Positions 8,423-19,105 are shown, counted from the first letter of the stretch. The stretch is DNA of 64,000 nucleotides from Waterburya sp. (GCA_965217895.1 CBDCJV010000002.1:288001-352000), one strand, 5' to 3'. Translations and numbers: made by a program. Notes: generated by a model from the letters alone, not told the origin.

Positions 8423-11242
8423 ATGGCAGAAATAAATAACTTACCTCCAGCTAGTATCGAGGCAGAAGAAGCAATCTTGGGCGGCATCCTGTTCGATCCA
8501 GAGGCAATTACTAGAGTTGCAGAACTAGTGGTTAAAAATGCTTTTTATGTTAAAGCTCATCAAGAGATATATCAGGCTGCATTGACGCTTAACAGCAAAG
8601 GGAAACCCACCGATTTTATTTCTCTTAGTACATACTTGAGCGATCGCGATTTACTAGAGCAGGTTGGCGGTATAACTAAGTTAGCACAGCTACTTAACCG
8701 TACTGTGTCGGCGGTTAATATCGATCGCTATGCCAACCTGATCATGGAAAAATATATCCGTCGTCAGTTAATCACTTCGGGACACGAAATTGTCGATCTT
8801 GGCTACGATAACGCCACCGAATTAGAAGTAGTCTTAGATTCTGCCGAACAAAAGATATTTCGCCTAACTCAAGAACGTCCTCAAGAGGGTTTAGTTCCTA
8901 TTGCCGAAACTTTGGTAAATACCTTTAATACCATTGAGGAACTACATCAGAATACAGCTTTACCTGGTGTTCCTTCTGGTTACTATGATTTAGATGCCAT
9001 GACTAGCGGTTTTAGTCGTTCTGACCTAGTTATTATCGCTGGCAGACCATCAATGGGAAAATGTTTGGCTGCTGATGCGGAATTAGTCTGTCAAGACGGC
9101 AGCGTTAAAACTATCGAAGAGATTTATAATCGTCAACAAGATTCGCTATTGACTCTACAATCTGACTGGCGATTTACCTGGACAAAACCATCAGCTTTTG
9201 TTGACGATGGCATTAAACCTGTCTATCAGGTGACTACTCGTTTAGGCAGGAAAATTACAACTACTCTAACTCATCCTTTTTTGACTATTCACGGCTGGCG
9301 TAGTTTAGGAACATTGCAAGTGGGAAATAAAATTGCTGTCCCGCGACAGATTAAGGTGTTTGGAGATCAAAGAATTTCTCAAGCCAAAGTCAAGTTGCTA
9401 GCTTATTTAATTGGTGATGGATGTTTAACGAAAACCTGTCCAGAGTTTACTAACAATAGTCCAATCTTACGAGAGGATTTTGTCAATGCCGTTGCTAGTT
9501 TATCTGGACTTACCTCAAAAGAATATGACTCTAACGGCACAAGAACAATATCTATCAGAGTTAGTAAGAATCGAGCTTTTCTCGATCATCAACGTCAAAT
9601 TTTTGCTCGAAATTTAAAAGAGGCAATTAATGATCAGCATCGTTCTCTTGCTCAAATTGCTTCATTATTAAAAGTCAGTTCTTCACTAATTAGATTTTGG
9701 ATTAAGGGAGTTTGCGTCCCCAATCAAGAAACATTTATACAACTATGTAAACTGCTAGAACTTAATCCTCAAAATCTTACCTCAGAAATATTAGCAATTA
9801 GTAAAAATAGTCCAAATACCCTAACTCTTTGGCTGCAAGAACTTGGTTTGTGGGGTAAGAATGCTCATGCTAAAACTATTCCTCAGCTTGTATTTGGGCT
9901 GCAACCTAATTTAATTGCTTTGTTCCTCAACCGTTTGTTTGCCACTGATGGTTGGGCTACTGTATTAACTAGCGGTCAATCTCAATTAGGTTATGCAACC
10001 GTCAGCGAAAAACTGGCTAGACAAATACAGCATTTATTATTGAGATTTGGGGTTATTGCTGCCTTGAAAAATCGTTCTATTAAATATCAAAATGAGCGTA
10101 GACAAGTTTGGCAGCTAGATATTACTGATGCCAAATCGATTAAGAATTTTATTGATGAGATTGGAATTTTTAGTAAAGAAAAAGCTATCAGTGCTGTTCG
10201 AGAAGCGATATTGAAAAGAAGATATCAGACAAATAAAGATTTAATTCCTGTAGAAATTTGGCAAGAGTTAAGGCAGGTAAAAAGTGAAGAACCTTGGGTG
10301 TCTGTCGCCAAACGTTCAGGAATTCAAGGACATAGCAATATTCATGTAGATAAACGAGCTTTATCCAGAGAAAGATTATTTAAGCTAGCTTATGCCTTAG
10401 ACGATATTCCCTTGCAAAACTTGGCAACTAGTGAAGTCTACTGGGATGAGATTGTCAGTATTGAATATGTAGGAAAACAACAGGTTTACGACTTGACTAT
10501 TCCTGAAACCCATAATTTTGTAGCTAACGATATTTGTGTTCACAATACGGCATTTGCTTTATGTGTGGCATCTAACATTGCTAGAGATTCTAAGTTACCT
10601 ATCGCTGTATTTAGTTTAGAAATGTCGCGGGAACAGCTAACCCAAAGACTGCTATCAAGTGAGGCGAGGATTCCTAGCAACCGCCTGCGTTCGGGTAGAA
10701 TTGCTCAAAATGAGTTTGGACAATTGATTGACGGTGTAGAAAAACTATCAGAGTTGCCAATTTATATAGACGATACGGCTAACTTAACTGTAATGCAAAT
10801 GCGATCGCAAGTACGCAGACTTCAAGCGCAGCAAAAAGATCCTTTAGGCTTAGTAATGATCGACTATCTTCAGCTAATGGAAGGGGGCGATAACGACAAC
10901 CGTGTACAGCAGCTATCGAAGATGACGCGGAGTTTGAAAGGTTTAGCTAGGGAGTTGAATGTGCCAATTGTAGCTTTATCTCAGCTAAGTCGCGGGGTAG
11001 AACAAAGAACCAATAAACGCCCGATGCTATCTGATTTGAGAGAAAGTGGCAGTATTGAGCAAGACGCGGATTTAGTGATGATGATTTATCGCGATGAATA
11101 CTATAATCCTGATACGCCCGATAGAGGCATTACTGAAGTTAGCATTGTTAAGCATCGTAATGGTCCAGTTGGAACAGTTAAATTATTATTTAACGCTGAA
11201 CTTACTAAATTTGAAAGTTTAGCCAAACCAAGCGGATATTAA
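8423..11242 (+). CDS. dnaB: Replicative DNA helicase DnaB (intein-containing)
   Basis: PPASIEAEEAILGG N-terminus, GRPSMGK/T Walker A, IDYLQL, LSQLSR, RESGSIEQDAD, KHRNGP. Confidence 0.97.
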   Translation: MAEINNLPPASIEAEEAILGGILFDPEAITRVAELVVKNAFYVKAHQEIYQAALTLNSKGKPTDFISLSTYLSDRDLLEQVGGITKLAQLLNRTVSAVNIDRYANLIMEKYIRRQLITSGHEIVDLGYDNATELEVVLDSAEQKIFRLTQERPQEGLVPIAETLVNTFNTIEELHQNTALPGVPSGYYDLDAMTSGFSRSDLVIIAGRPSMGKCLAADAELVCQDGSVKTIEEIYNRQQDSLLTLQSDWRFTWTKPSAFVDDGIKPVYQVTTRLGRKITTTLTHPFLTIHGWRSLGTLQVGNKIAVPRQIKVFGDQRISQAKVKLLAYLIGDGCLTKTCPEFTNNSPILREDFVNAVASLSGLTSKEYDSNGTRTISIRVSKNRAFLDHQRQIFARNLKEAINDQHRSLAQIASLLKVSSSLIRFWIKGVCVPNQETFIQLCKLLELNPQNLTSEILAISKNSPNTLTLWLQELGLWGKNAHAKTIPQLVFGLQPNLIALFLNRLFATDGWATVLTSGQSQLGYATVSEKLARQIQHLLLRFGVIAALKNRSIKYQNERRQVWQLDITDAKSIKNFIDEIGIFSKEKAISAVREAILKRRYQTNKDLIPVEIWQELRQVKSEEPWVSVAKRSGIQGHSNIHVDKRALSRERLFKLAYALDDIPLQNLATSEVYWDEIVSIEYVGKQQVYDLTIPETHNFVANDICVHNTAFALCVASNIARDSKLPIAVFSLEMSREQLTQRLLSSEARIPSNRLRSGRIAQNEFGQLIDGVEKLSELPIYIDDTANLTVMQMRSQVRRLQAQQKDPLGLVMIDYLQLMEGGDNDNRVQQLSKMTRSLKGLARELNVPIVALSQLSRGVEQRTNKRPMLSDLRESGSIEQDADLVMMIYRDEYYNPDTPDRGITEVSIVKHRNGPVGTVKLLFNAELTKFESLAKPSGY
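9062..10546 (+). mobile_element. Intein with LAGLIDADG homing endonuclease in the DnaB Walker A motif (495 aa)
   Basis: Starts CLAAD after GRPSMGK; TLTHPFLT block B; YLIGDG and LFATDG LAGLIDADG motifs; ends VYDLTI..HNFVANDICVHN followed by Thr. Confidence 0.93.
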
Positions 11243-11829
11243 AGTTGTAAAAATTTTTCTATAGGACGAACATCCCATATCTGGGCTTCGATGAAACGAT
11301 CATAACGCCATGCTTCTTCAACTTTCCATTTATTCCCTGGTAGCCCATAGGTTTTAACAACCTCAATTATCTCATCTTTGGTAAAAACTTTACCGTGAAA
11401 TGGTTTTAAATAAAATTCACCTCTTTCTGTTCGAGGAATATTAAAACTAGGCATACTGTCAGGATATGTAAATGAAATCATATCACTGTCAAAAAGCGAT
11501 AGAGGAATACTTAATTTAGCAGGGTTAGCTGAAGAAAAGAAACCACCTTTTTGAAATAAATCATCATGTTCTCCGAAAACAAAATAAAGAGGATGTTGAA
11601 GATATGGTTTTTTCCCTTTATTGGTAAAATCATTGTAAAGCCATGCTTCAATTTCGCGCCGTTCTTCGAGATATCCAGGATGTAACCAGGTTCTTTGTCC
11701 AGATTTAGATAAACTAGTTAATATTGCTTGTGCTTCAACATCATCGTAGTTGCAAATATTCTTGAGCTGAATATTTCCTTCTTCGTAGTAATAAGTAAGA
11801 TAGTCAGGAATACTATGTATTTTATTCAA
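11239..11829 (-). CDS. Hypothetical protein
   Basis: 196-aa ORF with conserved-looking HPLYFVFG, FTYPDSM and FIEAQIW motifs; its stop overlaps the dnaB stop. Confidence 0.7.
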   Translation of the reverse strand: MNKIHSIPDYLTYYYEEGNIQLKNICNYDDVEAQAILTSLSKSGQRTWLHPGYLEERREIEAWLYNDFTNKGKKPYLQHPLYFVFGEHDDLFQKGGFFSSANPAKLSIPLSLFDSDMISFTYPDSMPSFNIPRTERGEFYLKPFHGKVFTKDEIIEVVKTYGLPGNKWKVEEAWRYDRFIEAQIWDVRPIEKFLQL

Positions 11830-11878
11830 TTTAACCTTTAATTATTATCTTGTGGTAAATAAAATCATGAGAGATTCT

Positions 11879-13321
11879 TTAATGATTTTCCTGAAAAGTA
11901 TTATATTGCTTCTCTGTAATGCGTCCAGCTTCGTATAAAGTATTGGTAATTTCAGAAATACTAAGAACTGAATGAGCGCGATAACCATTATCTGCTAGGC
12001 GATCTTTTACTCCACCTTCGTGATCGATAAAGACGACAATATCGTTAATTATTAAACCAGCAGACTTAAGCTTTTCTGCCCCTTCCATCACGCTTTTGCC
12101 ACTAATTAAAATGTCGTCAATTACAACCACTTTTTCCCCTGGATTAAAACCACCTTCAATCAAACGTCGAGTACCATGAGCTTTTACTTCTTTGCGGGGA
12201 AAAATCATCGGACGCTGAAGATTTAACGCTAGTCCTGTTGCCGTAGGTAATGCACCATAGGGAATGCCTGCAATCCGATCAAATTCCAAGTTCTGCACTA
12301 TATCGCCGTAGGCACTCAATACCTGATTAAAAATTTGCGGATTAGAAATTATTTTACGCAGATCTATATAGTAAGAAAAAGTTGCTCCCGAAGCCTGGAC
12401 ATATTCTCCAAATAGTAAACAGCCAATATCAAATAGCTGGAGAATTAAAGACTGATAGGGATGCTGGGTAAACAAACATACATTAGATGTCCAAAGCTCA
12501 CAGCTTGACCCCTGCTTGATTCTTAACTCTCGATACTTGTTAACATTTTGATTAAGTTGTGCAACCTCGGCAGCAAGATTATTTGTAGCCAAAAAGTCCT
12601 GGGGAATGGGAATTAGTAATCCTTCACCATTGTCATCTAACCCTGTATTAATTAGGAATTCAAAATTATTACTACTCCAAAGACTACGGAGTAAAATTGT
12701 CCTTTCTGGTGCGATCGCTCTAATTCTACTCAATATTTCAGGATTAGTTGTCCCTACTTCTAGATATAGCTGTTTTGGAGTTGCCCAAGTTTGAGCTTCT
12801 TTAACTACCTGTAGATAAAAGGGTTGCTCTTGACTAGGATATCTTTGTAGCTTTTCTGCTTGAGGATTGGAGGTATGGCTAAGAATAAATACGGCTTTAT
12901 CTGAATAAACTAAAAAAGGTGCAGCGTGATCTTGTCCTGCAAAGGGAGTCAGGGTTACAGCATCTACCTGCCAGCGAGCAAAAATAGTTTCAGCAAAGAC
13001 AGTACTGGTATTAAGATCGCTGTGTTTGGCATCCAAGATGACGGGAATTGCTGCGGGAATAGCCAACAAAATACGCTCTAATAACTGTAACCCCTCTACC
13101 CCTAGTGCTTGATAAAAACCTAAAGTGGGTTTGTAGGCGCAAACGCGATCGCTAGTTGATTTAATTACCCACAATAACCAAGCTTCTATAGAGCTAATTA
13201 GATTATCGTCATCTTTTTTTAGATAATCAGCAGGCATCATTTCAGGATTAGGATCGAGTCCCACAACCAAGAGACTGTTATTCGTGGCGATCGCCTGATT
13301 GAGTTTTTCTGTAAAGTGCAT
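11879..13321 (-). CDS. pyrF: Bifunctional orotidine-5'-phosphate decarboxylase / orotate phosphoribosyltransferase
   Basis: VGLDP, AYKPTLGFY and ILDAKHSD (OMPDC); YYIDLR, RKEVKAHG and VVIDDILISG (OPRT). Confidence 0.93.
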   Translation of the reverse strand: MHFTEKLNQAIATNNSLLVVGLDPNPEMMPADYLKKDDDNLISSIEAWLLWVIKSTSDRVCAYKPTLGFYQALGVEGLQLLERILLAIPAAIPVILDAKHSDLNTSTVFAETIFARWQVDAVTLTPFAGQDHAAPFLVYSDKAVFILSHTSNPQAEKLQRYPSQEQPFYLQVVKEAQTWATPKQLYLEVGTTNPEILSRIRAIAPERTILLRSLWSSNNFEFLINTGLDDNGEGLLIPIPQDFLATNNLAAEVAQLNQNVNKYRELRIKQGSSCELWTSNVCLFTQHPYQSLILQLFDIGCLLFGEYVQASGATFSYYIDLRKIISNPQIFNQVLSAYGDIVQNLEFDRIAGIPYGALPTATGLALNLQRPMIFPRKEVKAHGTRRLIEGGFNPGEKVVVIDDILISGKSVMEGAEKLKSAGLIINDIVVFIDHEGGVKDRLADNGYRAHSVLSISEITNTLYEAGRITEKQYNTFQENH

Positions 13322-13502
13322 TTTGAATCAAAAAAGAGAAACAGCCGAATACAGGAAGATTCTTTATTGGTATACTTTACATTGTCTTGAAATACAATGA
13401 AGATATAAACTAATCTCCTAATCTTAAACGAGTAAACATCTAAATAATTTAAGGTTGGCTCGTAAAATTTTAGGTTTAAATTGACACCAAGACTAACTAC
13501 TA

Positions 13503-14105
13503 GTGTTTACAGATATACTAAACATTTCCATCGATCGCGATCGCGCCAGTCGTGCCGACCAAATTTTAAGTTTGGCAGAAATGACCTGGGATGATTACGA
13601 AAAACTAACTCAAGAATATTTAGAATATCGCATATCGTATTTAGATGGAGTAATAACCATCGTGTCTCCAAGCAAAAACCACGAGAGGATTGCCGAGGTT
13701 ATTAATGGTTTGATTAAAACTTTTTGTCGTAAGTATGATTTGGCTTATTTTCCCATGGGTTCGACTACATTAAAAAATCCTCCCTTGGCTGGTAAAGAAC
13801 CAGACCATAGTTTTGCTTTCGAGACGGATAAATCTCTGCCAGATTTGGCTATAGAAGTTACTTATACTAGCGGTAGTCTGAGCGATCTAGAAAAGTACAA
13901 ATATTTGGGCATTCGAGAAATTTGGTTTTGGCAAAACGGAAAAATCAGCTTCTACTATTTAACTGGTGGTGAATATAAAGCAGTAGATGAAAGCGTTTGT
14001 TTGCCCCAACTGAACGCAGATTTTTTAATTATTTTCATTAATAGAGGATTGACTGAAACCCCCCTGACTATTGAAGCAGATTTTTATCGACAACTAGACT
14101 CGTAA
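13503..14105 (+). CDS. Uma2 family endonuclease
   Basis: MTWDDY, PSKNHE, KEPD, PDLAIEV, KYKYLGIREIWFW. Confidence 0.9.
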   Translation: MFTDILNISIDRDRASRADQILSLAEMTWDDYEKLTQEYLEYRISYLDGVITIVSPSKNHERIAEVINGLIKTFCRKYDLAYFPMGSTTLKNPPLAGKEPDHSFAFETDKSLPDLAIEVTYTSGSLSDLEKYKYLGIREIWFWQNGKISFYYLTGGEYKAVDESVCLPQLNADFLIIFINRGLTETPLTIEADFYRQLDS

Positions 14106-14124
14106 CTTTTTTGGTAGATATAAT

Positions 14125-14526
14125 TTAGTCAAAAAATATTGCAGGAGAAACATGAAATCGTTCCGCTAACATTTGAATCTGTCTTACATTTAACTTTCTT
14201 TTGTCGTTGAGGATTTCGGAAACAACTCCCTGAGAACCTATTTCTGGCAAATCAGATTGTGATAAAGAATGTTCTTCCATTAGATAAATTAAAGCGTCTA
14301 TTCCCCTGCAATTTGGTAGTGGGAAATGTTCGTTATCATAAGATTCAATTAATATCCCTAAAGTATCTAGTAAGCTATAAAGAGGATGAGATTCATCATC
14401 TCCCACTTGCTCAAGCAGAAAGTTAAGTCTTTCTACCGCTTCATCGTATTCTTGCTCGTTGGTAATCGTTAAATAAGGCGCGATTGCCTTCCATTGTCGT
14501 TTTAATTCTGGTGCAATAACTGTCAT
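14125..14526 (-). CDS. higA: HigA-type antitoxin (HTH transcriptional regulator)
   Basis: ITNEQEYDEA...LIESYD; HTH LSQSDLPEIGSQGVVSEILNDKRKL; ATG overlaps the stop of the higB remnant (ATGA). Confidence 0.85.
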   Translation of the reverse strand: MTVIAPELKRQWKAIAPYLTITNEQEYDEAVERLNFLLEQVGDDESHPLYSLLDTLGILIESYDNEHFPLPNCRGIDALIYLMEEHSLSQSDLPEIGSQGVVSEILNDKRKLNVRQIQMLAERFHVSPAIFFD

Positions 14527-14636
14527 AATTTCCAATTACCTTTATCGTATTCAGCGTGAGTTAATATATGACGAATGTAGACTTTGTGGCGATTAAAGTG
14601 GATAGCAGCAATTAACCTGTATTTGTTTCCTCTGAT
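14523..14636 (-). pseudogene. higB: HigB toxin C-terminal remnant
   Basis: Hand translation IRGNKYRLIAAIHFNRHKVYIRHILTHAEYDKGNWKL*; 5' half missing. Confidence 0.85.
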
Positions 14637-14651
14637 CTAATTTTTCATAAC

Positions 14652-15038
14652 CTAACTTTCTAGCCAATGATATGGAAGCAGATCGCTTAGCTTTATAGTT
14701 CGAGTGTGAGAAATTATGATGTCAGTATTTCGGTTTTCAAAATTAGTCAGCATGATTAATTCTCGGCAACGTCCACAAGGAACACGAACTTTTTCTATAT
14801 CTACAGCTACAATTTTGATAATTCGAGTTTCGCGATGTTTAAGCATTTCTGCCACGGCTGCGTGTTCGGCACAAAAACCTAAACTACAGGCATAGTCCAG
14901 ACAAATACCACTATATATATTTCCTTTAGCTGTAAGTAATGCTGCACCTACTCTTCCTGCGGAACTTCCATTACTATTGCTAACAAAAACTTCCCCTACG
15001 AAAGATCTAGCAAAATCGATCAATTCATTGTTTTTCAT
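14652..15038 (-). CDS. Cytidine deaminase family protein
   Basis: VGAALLT, FCAEHAA and PCGRCRE zinc-binding motifs. Confidence 0.85.
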   Translation of the reverse strand: MKNNELIDFARSFVGEVFVSNSNGSSAGRVGAALLTAKGNIYSGICLDYACSLGFCAEHAAVAEMLKHRETRIIKIVAVDIEKVRVPCGRCRELIMLTNFENRNTDIIISHTRTIKLSDLLPYHWLES

Positions 15039-15091
15039 CGCAAATTTTTTAATTGCTTTGATCAATAAAAGACTGACGGAAACCCTCATGA

Positions 15092-16108
15092 CTATTGGAG
15101 TAAATTGCGATCGGTAACTGAACTCGTAACTTTTACTTTCATTGATTGAACAAACCAGTTTACAGCTTCGGTTAAAGCGAGATTAATATCAGACTGGGGT
15201 AATTTTAATTCTCGAACAGCTTTACTCGGATCATAAAACATCTTTTGTCTTGACATTCGCACCCCATCTATAGCAATCGTCGGCTGCTTACCCAGTCTTG
15301 CGACAACGTTTTCTTCTAGCCAAGCAACACTATAAGGTATCCAATAGGGAATAGTAGATTTTGGTGCGGGTAAACCTGTAATTTTGGCTAGCTTATCAAG
15401 TAATTGGGCAAAAGTTAAATTTTGATTGCCTAAAATATAGCGATCGCCTGTTACACCTTTTTCTAGTGCCAAAATATGTCCCCAAGCTACATCCTTGACA
15501 TCAATTAAATTTAATCCCGTGTCCACGTAAAAAGGCATTTTTTGCTGCAAAAACCTGACAATAATCTCCCCTGTGGGAGTTGGTTTAAGATCGTACGCAC
15601 CTATAGGCGTACTAGGGTTAACGATTACTATATCTTGTCCCTGCTGGGCTGCTTTGACTGCTTCTTGTTCGGCGTAATACTTAGACTTTTTATAATATCC
15701 CACCAGCTTATCTACGGGGCTTTGATAGGTTTCGTTGACTGCCACGCCATCATTGACTCCAATCGCTGCTACTGAGCTAGTATATACAGTTCTCTCAATA
15801 CCTGCTTGACGGGCGCAGCTTAAAATATTGCGCGTACCCAAAACATTGCTACGGTAAAGTAATTCGCGATCGCTTTGCCACAGAGAATATTGAGCAGCAA
15901 CATGAAACAATACCTGACAGTCAGACATTTGTTGATCTAAATGGCGATCGTTTAGATCTCCTTGCACAATTTCTACATCCAAAGATGCCAGGTTATCTAA
16001 ACAGCTATTTTCTCTTACTAAAGCTTTAACTACATACCCTTGCTGTAACAACAGCCTAACTAAATTTGCGCCGATAAAACCTGTTCCACCCGTAACAAAT
16101 GCCCGCAT
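15092..16108 (-). CDS. hpnA: Hopanoid-associated sugar epimerase / NAD-dependent dehydratase
   Basis: TGGTGFIG, YKKSK, VNPSTPIG..D.KPTPTG. Confidence 0.85.
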   Translation of the reverse strand: MRAFVTGGTGFIGANLVRLLLQQGYVVKALVRENSCLDNLASLDVEIVQGDLNDRHLDQQMSDCQVLFHVAAQYSLWQSDRELLYRSNVLGTRNILSCARQAGIERTVYTSSVAAIGVNDGVAVNETYQSPVDKLVGYYKKSKYYAEQEAVKAAQQGQDIVIVNPSTPIGAYDLKPTPTGEIIVRFLQQKMPFYVDTGLNLIDVKDVAWGHILALEKGVTGDRYILGNQNLTFAQLLDKLAKITGLPAPKSTIPYWIPYSVAWLEENVVARLGKQPTIAIDGVRMSRQKMFYDPSKAVRELKLPQSDINLALTEAVNWFVQSMKVKVTSSVTDRNLLQ

Positions 16109-16217
16109 TTATTTAATCTACGATCCTAAAATATAAAATTCCTTGATTCTTGGTCTGAATCAATTACGCTATCTTTAAAGAATATAAGCAAACTTTAATA
16201 AATAACTTGATTAACAA

Positions 16218-16430
16218 ATGAATAGTCAAGAATTGGCTCAATATATTGAAGCTACTGACGGTATATCCAAACCTTGGTTGTTAGTGCAGTTAAGATTAAA
16301 AAAATTACAAGAACGCAAAGACGAAATTCCACCCCAAGAATATATGAAAGAATTAGAAGATATTCAAGCTGACTTGCTTAAGTTAGGGGAATGGTGGAAA
16401 GGCAGAGAAAGCGAAGTTTTTGGTTCATAA
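16218..16430 (+). CDS. Small conserved cyanobacterial hypothetical protein
   Basis: 70-aa ORF, KPWLLVQLRLKKLQE...LGEWWKGRE. Confidence 0.75.
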   Translation: MNSQELAQYIEATDGISKPWLLVQLRLKKLQERKDEIPPQEYMKELEDIQADLLKLGEWWKGRESEVFGS

Positions 16431-16437
16431 TCAGCAA

Positions 16438-16500
16438 GTAGGGTGGGCAAACTAAAAGTGAAGTTTAACAGCCTACTTGAACAACAATCTTGCCCACCTT
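16438..16500. repeat. GTAG-type REP-like inverted repeat (GTAGGGTGGGCAA...TTGCCCACC)
   Basis: Inverted arms around an AT-rich spacer; related copies at 28194-28255, 43421-43477 and about 6865-6908. Confidence 0.7.
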
Positions 16501-16504
16501 ATAA

Positions 16505-17046
16505 GATTGTGTTTCAATAACAGCATTAGTAAGATATACAAACATTTCAGCACCTCTACGGGCTAAATACTGCCATTGTGCAGGAAAGCGAATTTCACGA
16601 CAAAGTTGAATTCATAGCCTGATACTACGATCATCAAAGTCAAGTTCGACTAGAGAAAGTTGAGAACCTGCGGTAAATACAGAGTACGTTCACTCGTTGC
16701 TAGATTAACTTTACGCTAGACAAATCGCTCTTGTCGTGAACCGTAATATATCCCAGCATTGTACCACTTCCAATTTTCCAATAAACAAGACCCAAAGATT
16801 AAATGGATGGATCTCAGACTGTACAACTACTTCTTGTAGTTTCCGCAATGAAAGTTCCAGAAGTTGTTGATTTATTTTATGAAGAAATTCTATGTCTTCT
16901 GCATAACCAGAGAGTGCGCCTTCAGGCAATATGACGAGCGTATTAGGTTCGGCTTGTGAAAGAATAGACAAAATAGTATCCAAATTGTGTTGGATATCAA
17001 GCATCACTGGAAATTGTGCTACAAGTGTAAAAATAAAGTTACTCAT
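16505..17046 (-). pseudogene. Carbon-nitrogen hydrolase (nitrilase family), frameshifted and truncated
   Basis: VAQFPV...ILPEGALSGY N-terminus; downstream out-of-frame CREIRFPAQWQYLARRGAEMFVYLTNA. Confidence 0.8.
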
Positions 17047-17392
17047 CTTTTTTTGTCTAAGAATCTCGCCTTCATTGTGACAGATAGGGGACAAGGCTTT
17101 ATTTTTCAAGAATAAGTTTAGAACTAACGCAATCAAACCTATAAGTTTAGCTAAATTTCTTTAAACTGACTATTTAGAAATTTTTAACAATTGGTTACAG
17201 TACCGTGATATGATCGCTGGGGACTGCGACGTAGAAGCATTGCTACCAGGTTCGTAGTAATGCCAAGTAACACTTTGGTAAACAACTGTTTGGCTGAGGT
17301 GAACTGCATAATCCGTCTGGATAAGTAGTTGCTTGAATTGATACATTAAATATAGATGTAGAAAAATCAGGTTGCAGTAACCAAAATACAGA

Positions 17393-17866
17393 ATGAGTCA
17401 GCATTCGAGAAAGGTAACTTTGTCTAATCAATCTCACGAACCATTACCAGTTCAAGAGCAAATTACTCCTGATGATTCTAAGTCTTTAGAAGATCGTGAC
17501 TCAATGGCAGATTTTTATCAGCTACAGCGATCGCTGTTGTTGACTACTCTGGCATTGACAGGAATACTTGTTTTTCCTGTGTGGTATTTTTTCTCGCTCA
17601 ATATTGCTTTCAACTATTTAGTTGGTGCAGTTGTCGGACTGGCGTATTTGAGAATGTTAGCCAAAGATGTTGAACGCCTAGGTCAACAACGCCTCGGTGC
17701 TAAAGGATTAGGACTTTTTGTCATCCTGATACTGGTCGCTAGTAAATGGCAGCAGTTGCACATTCTTCCTGTCTTTCTTGGATTTCTAACTTATAAGCCA
17801 GCAATCATTATCTATACTGTAAAGTCAATTCTTTGGCCCGCAGAAAAATCAGAAAATGACGCTTAA
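17393..17866 (+). CDS. atpI: ATP synthase protein I (Atp1)
   Basis: FYQLQRSLL..., GFLTYK; first gene of the atp operon. Confidence 0.85.
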   Translation: MSQHSRKVTLSNQSHEPLPVQEQITPDDSKSLEDRDSMADFYQLQRSLLLTTLALTGILVFPVWYFFSLNIAFNYLVGAVVGLAYLRMLAKDVERLGQQRLGAKGLGLFVILILVASKWQQLHILPVFLGFLTYKPAIIIYTVKSILWPAEKSENDA

Positions 17867-17931
17867 AATAAGGGATTTTTAAAGAAACCACCAGAAAGAT
17901 TTTAATTTAATGTTTTGCTTAATCTAGGTAT

Positions 17932-18672
17932 ATGGAAATTCTAGGTGCTTTGACTTTTCTAAATATTTATACCCTGGCTGAATTAGAAGTTGGCGAACAT
18001 TTTCTTTGGAAAATCGGCAATTTTTCAGTTCACGGACAGGTTTTTCTCAATTCTTGGATAGTAATAGCTCTTTTAGTAATAGCTTCTTTAGCTGCGACTC
18101 GGAATATTCAAAAAATTCCGAGCGGCATCCAAAATTTCATGGAGTATGTCCTCGAATTTGTTCGAGATTTGGTGAGAAATCAGATCGGCGAAAAAGAATA
18201 TCGGGACTGGGTGCCTTTTGTCGGCACTTTGTTTTTGTTCATTTTTGTGTCAAATTGGTCAGGTGCGCTGGTGCCTTGGAAACTCATTGAGTTACCATCT
18301 GGTGAATTGGCTGCCCCCACAAACGACATCAATACAACGGTGGCTCTAGCATTGCTCACTTCCTTGGCGTATTTCTACGCTGGGTTGAAAAAGAAGGGAC
18401 TAGGGTATTTCAAGCACTATATTGAACCAACTCCTATTCTTCTTCCCATCGCAATCTTAGAAGATTTCACCAAGCCTCTTTCTCTAAGTTTTCGTCTCTT
18501 TGGTAATATTTTGGCTGACGAACTAGTAGTTGCTGTATTAGTACTTTTGGTTCCGTTATTTATACCATTACCAGTGATGGCACTAGGTTTATTTACCAGT
18601 GCAATTCAGGCTTTAGTATTTGCTACCCTCGCAGGAGCATATATACACGAGGCTTTAGCAGATCACGATTAA
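17932..18672 (+). CDS. atpB: F0F1 ATP synthase subunit a
   Basis: [26 protein letters not shown]. Confidence 0.97.
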   Translation: MEILGALTFLNIYTLAELEVGEHFLWKIGNFSVHGQVFLNSWIVIALLVIASLAATRNIQKIPSGIQNFMEYVLEFVRDLVRNQIGEKEYRDWVPFVGTLFLFIFVSNWSGALVPWKLIELPSGELAAPTNDINTTVALALLTSLAYFYAGLKKKGLGYFKHYIEPTPILLPIAILEDFTKPLSLSFRLFGNILADELVVAVLVLLVPLFIPLPVMALGLFTSAIQALVFATLAGAYIHEALADHD

Positions 18673-18776
18673 GAGGTTTATTTTGGAAGTAACTTAGCTT
18701 CTAAATTTTGTTTAAGTGTTGAAGCATATTATTTTTATAGCTTCACTTCATTTTCGAGTTCTCTCAGTAAATTTAA

Positions 18777-19031
<255 letters not shown>

Positions 19032-19042
19032 GCTTTTTTAAG

Positions 19043-19072
19043 GTCTGTGGAAATGCCAACGTTTCCACAGAC
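19043..19072 (+). terminator. Stem-loop after atpE (partial terminator or mRNA stabiliser)
   Basis: GTCTGTGGAAA...TTTCCACAGAC perfect 11-bp stem. Confidence 0.6.
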
Positions 19073-19105
19073 TTTGATTGTTCAATCCAATTTGTCATAT
19101 AAAAA

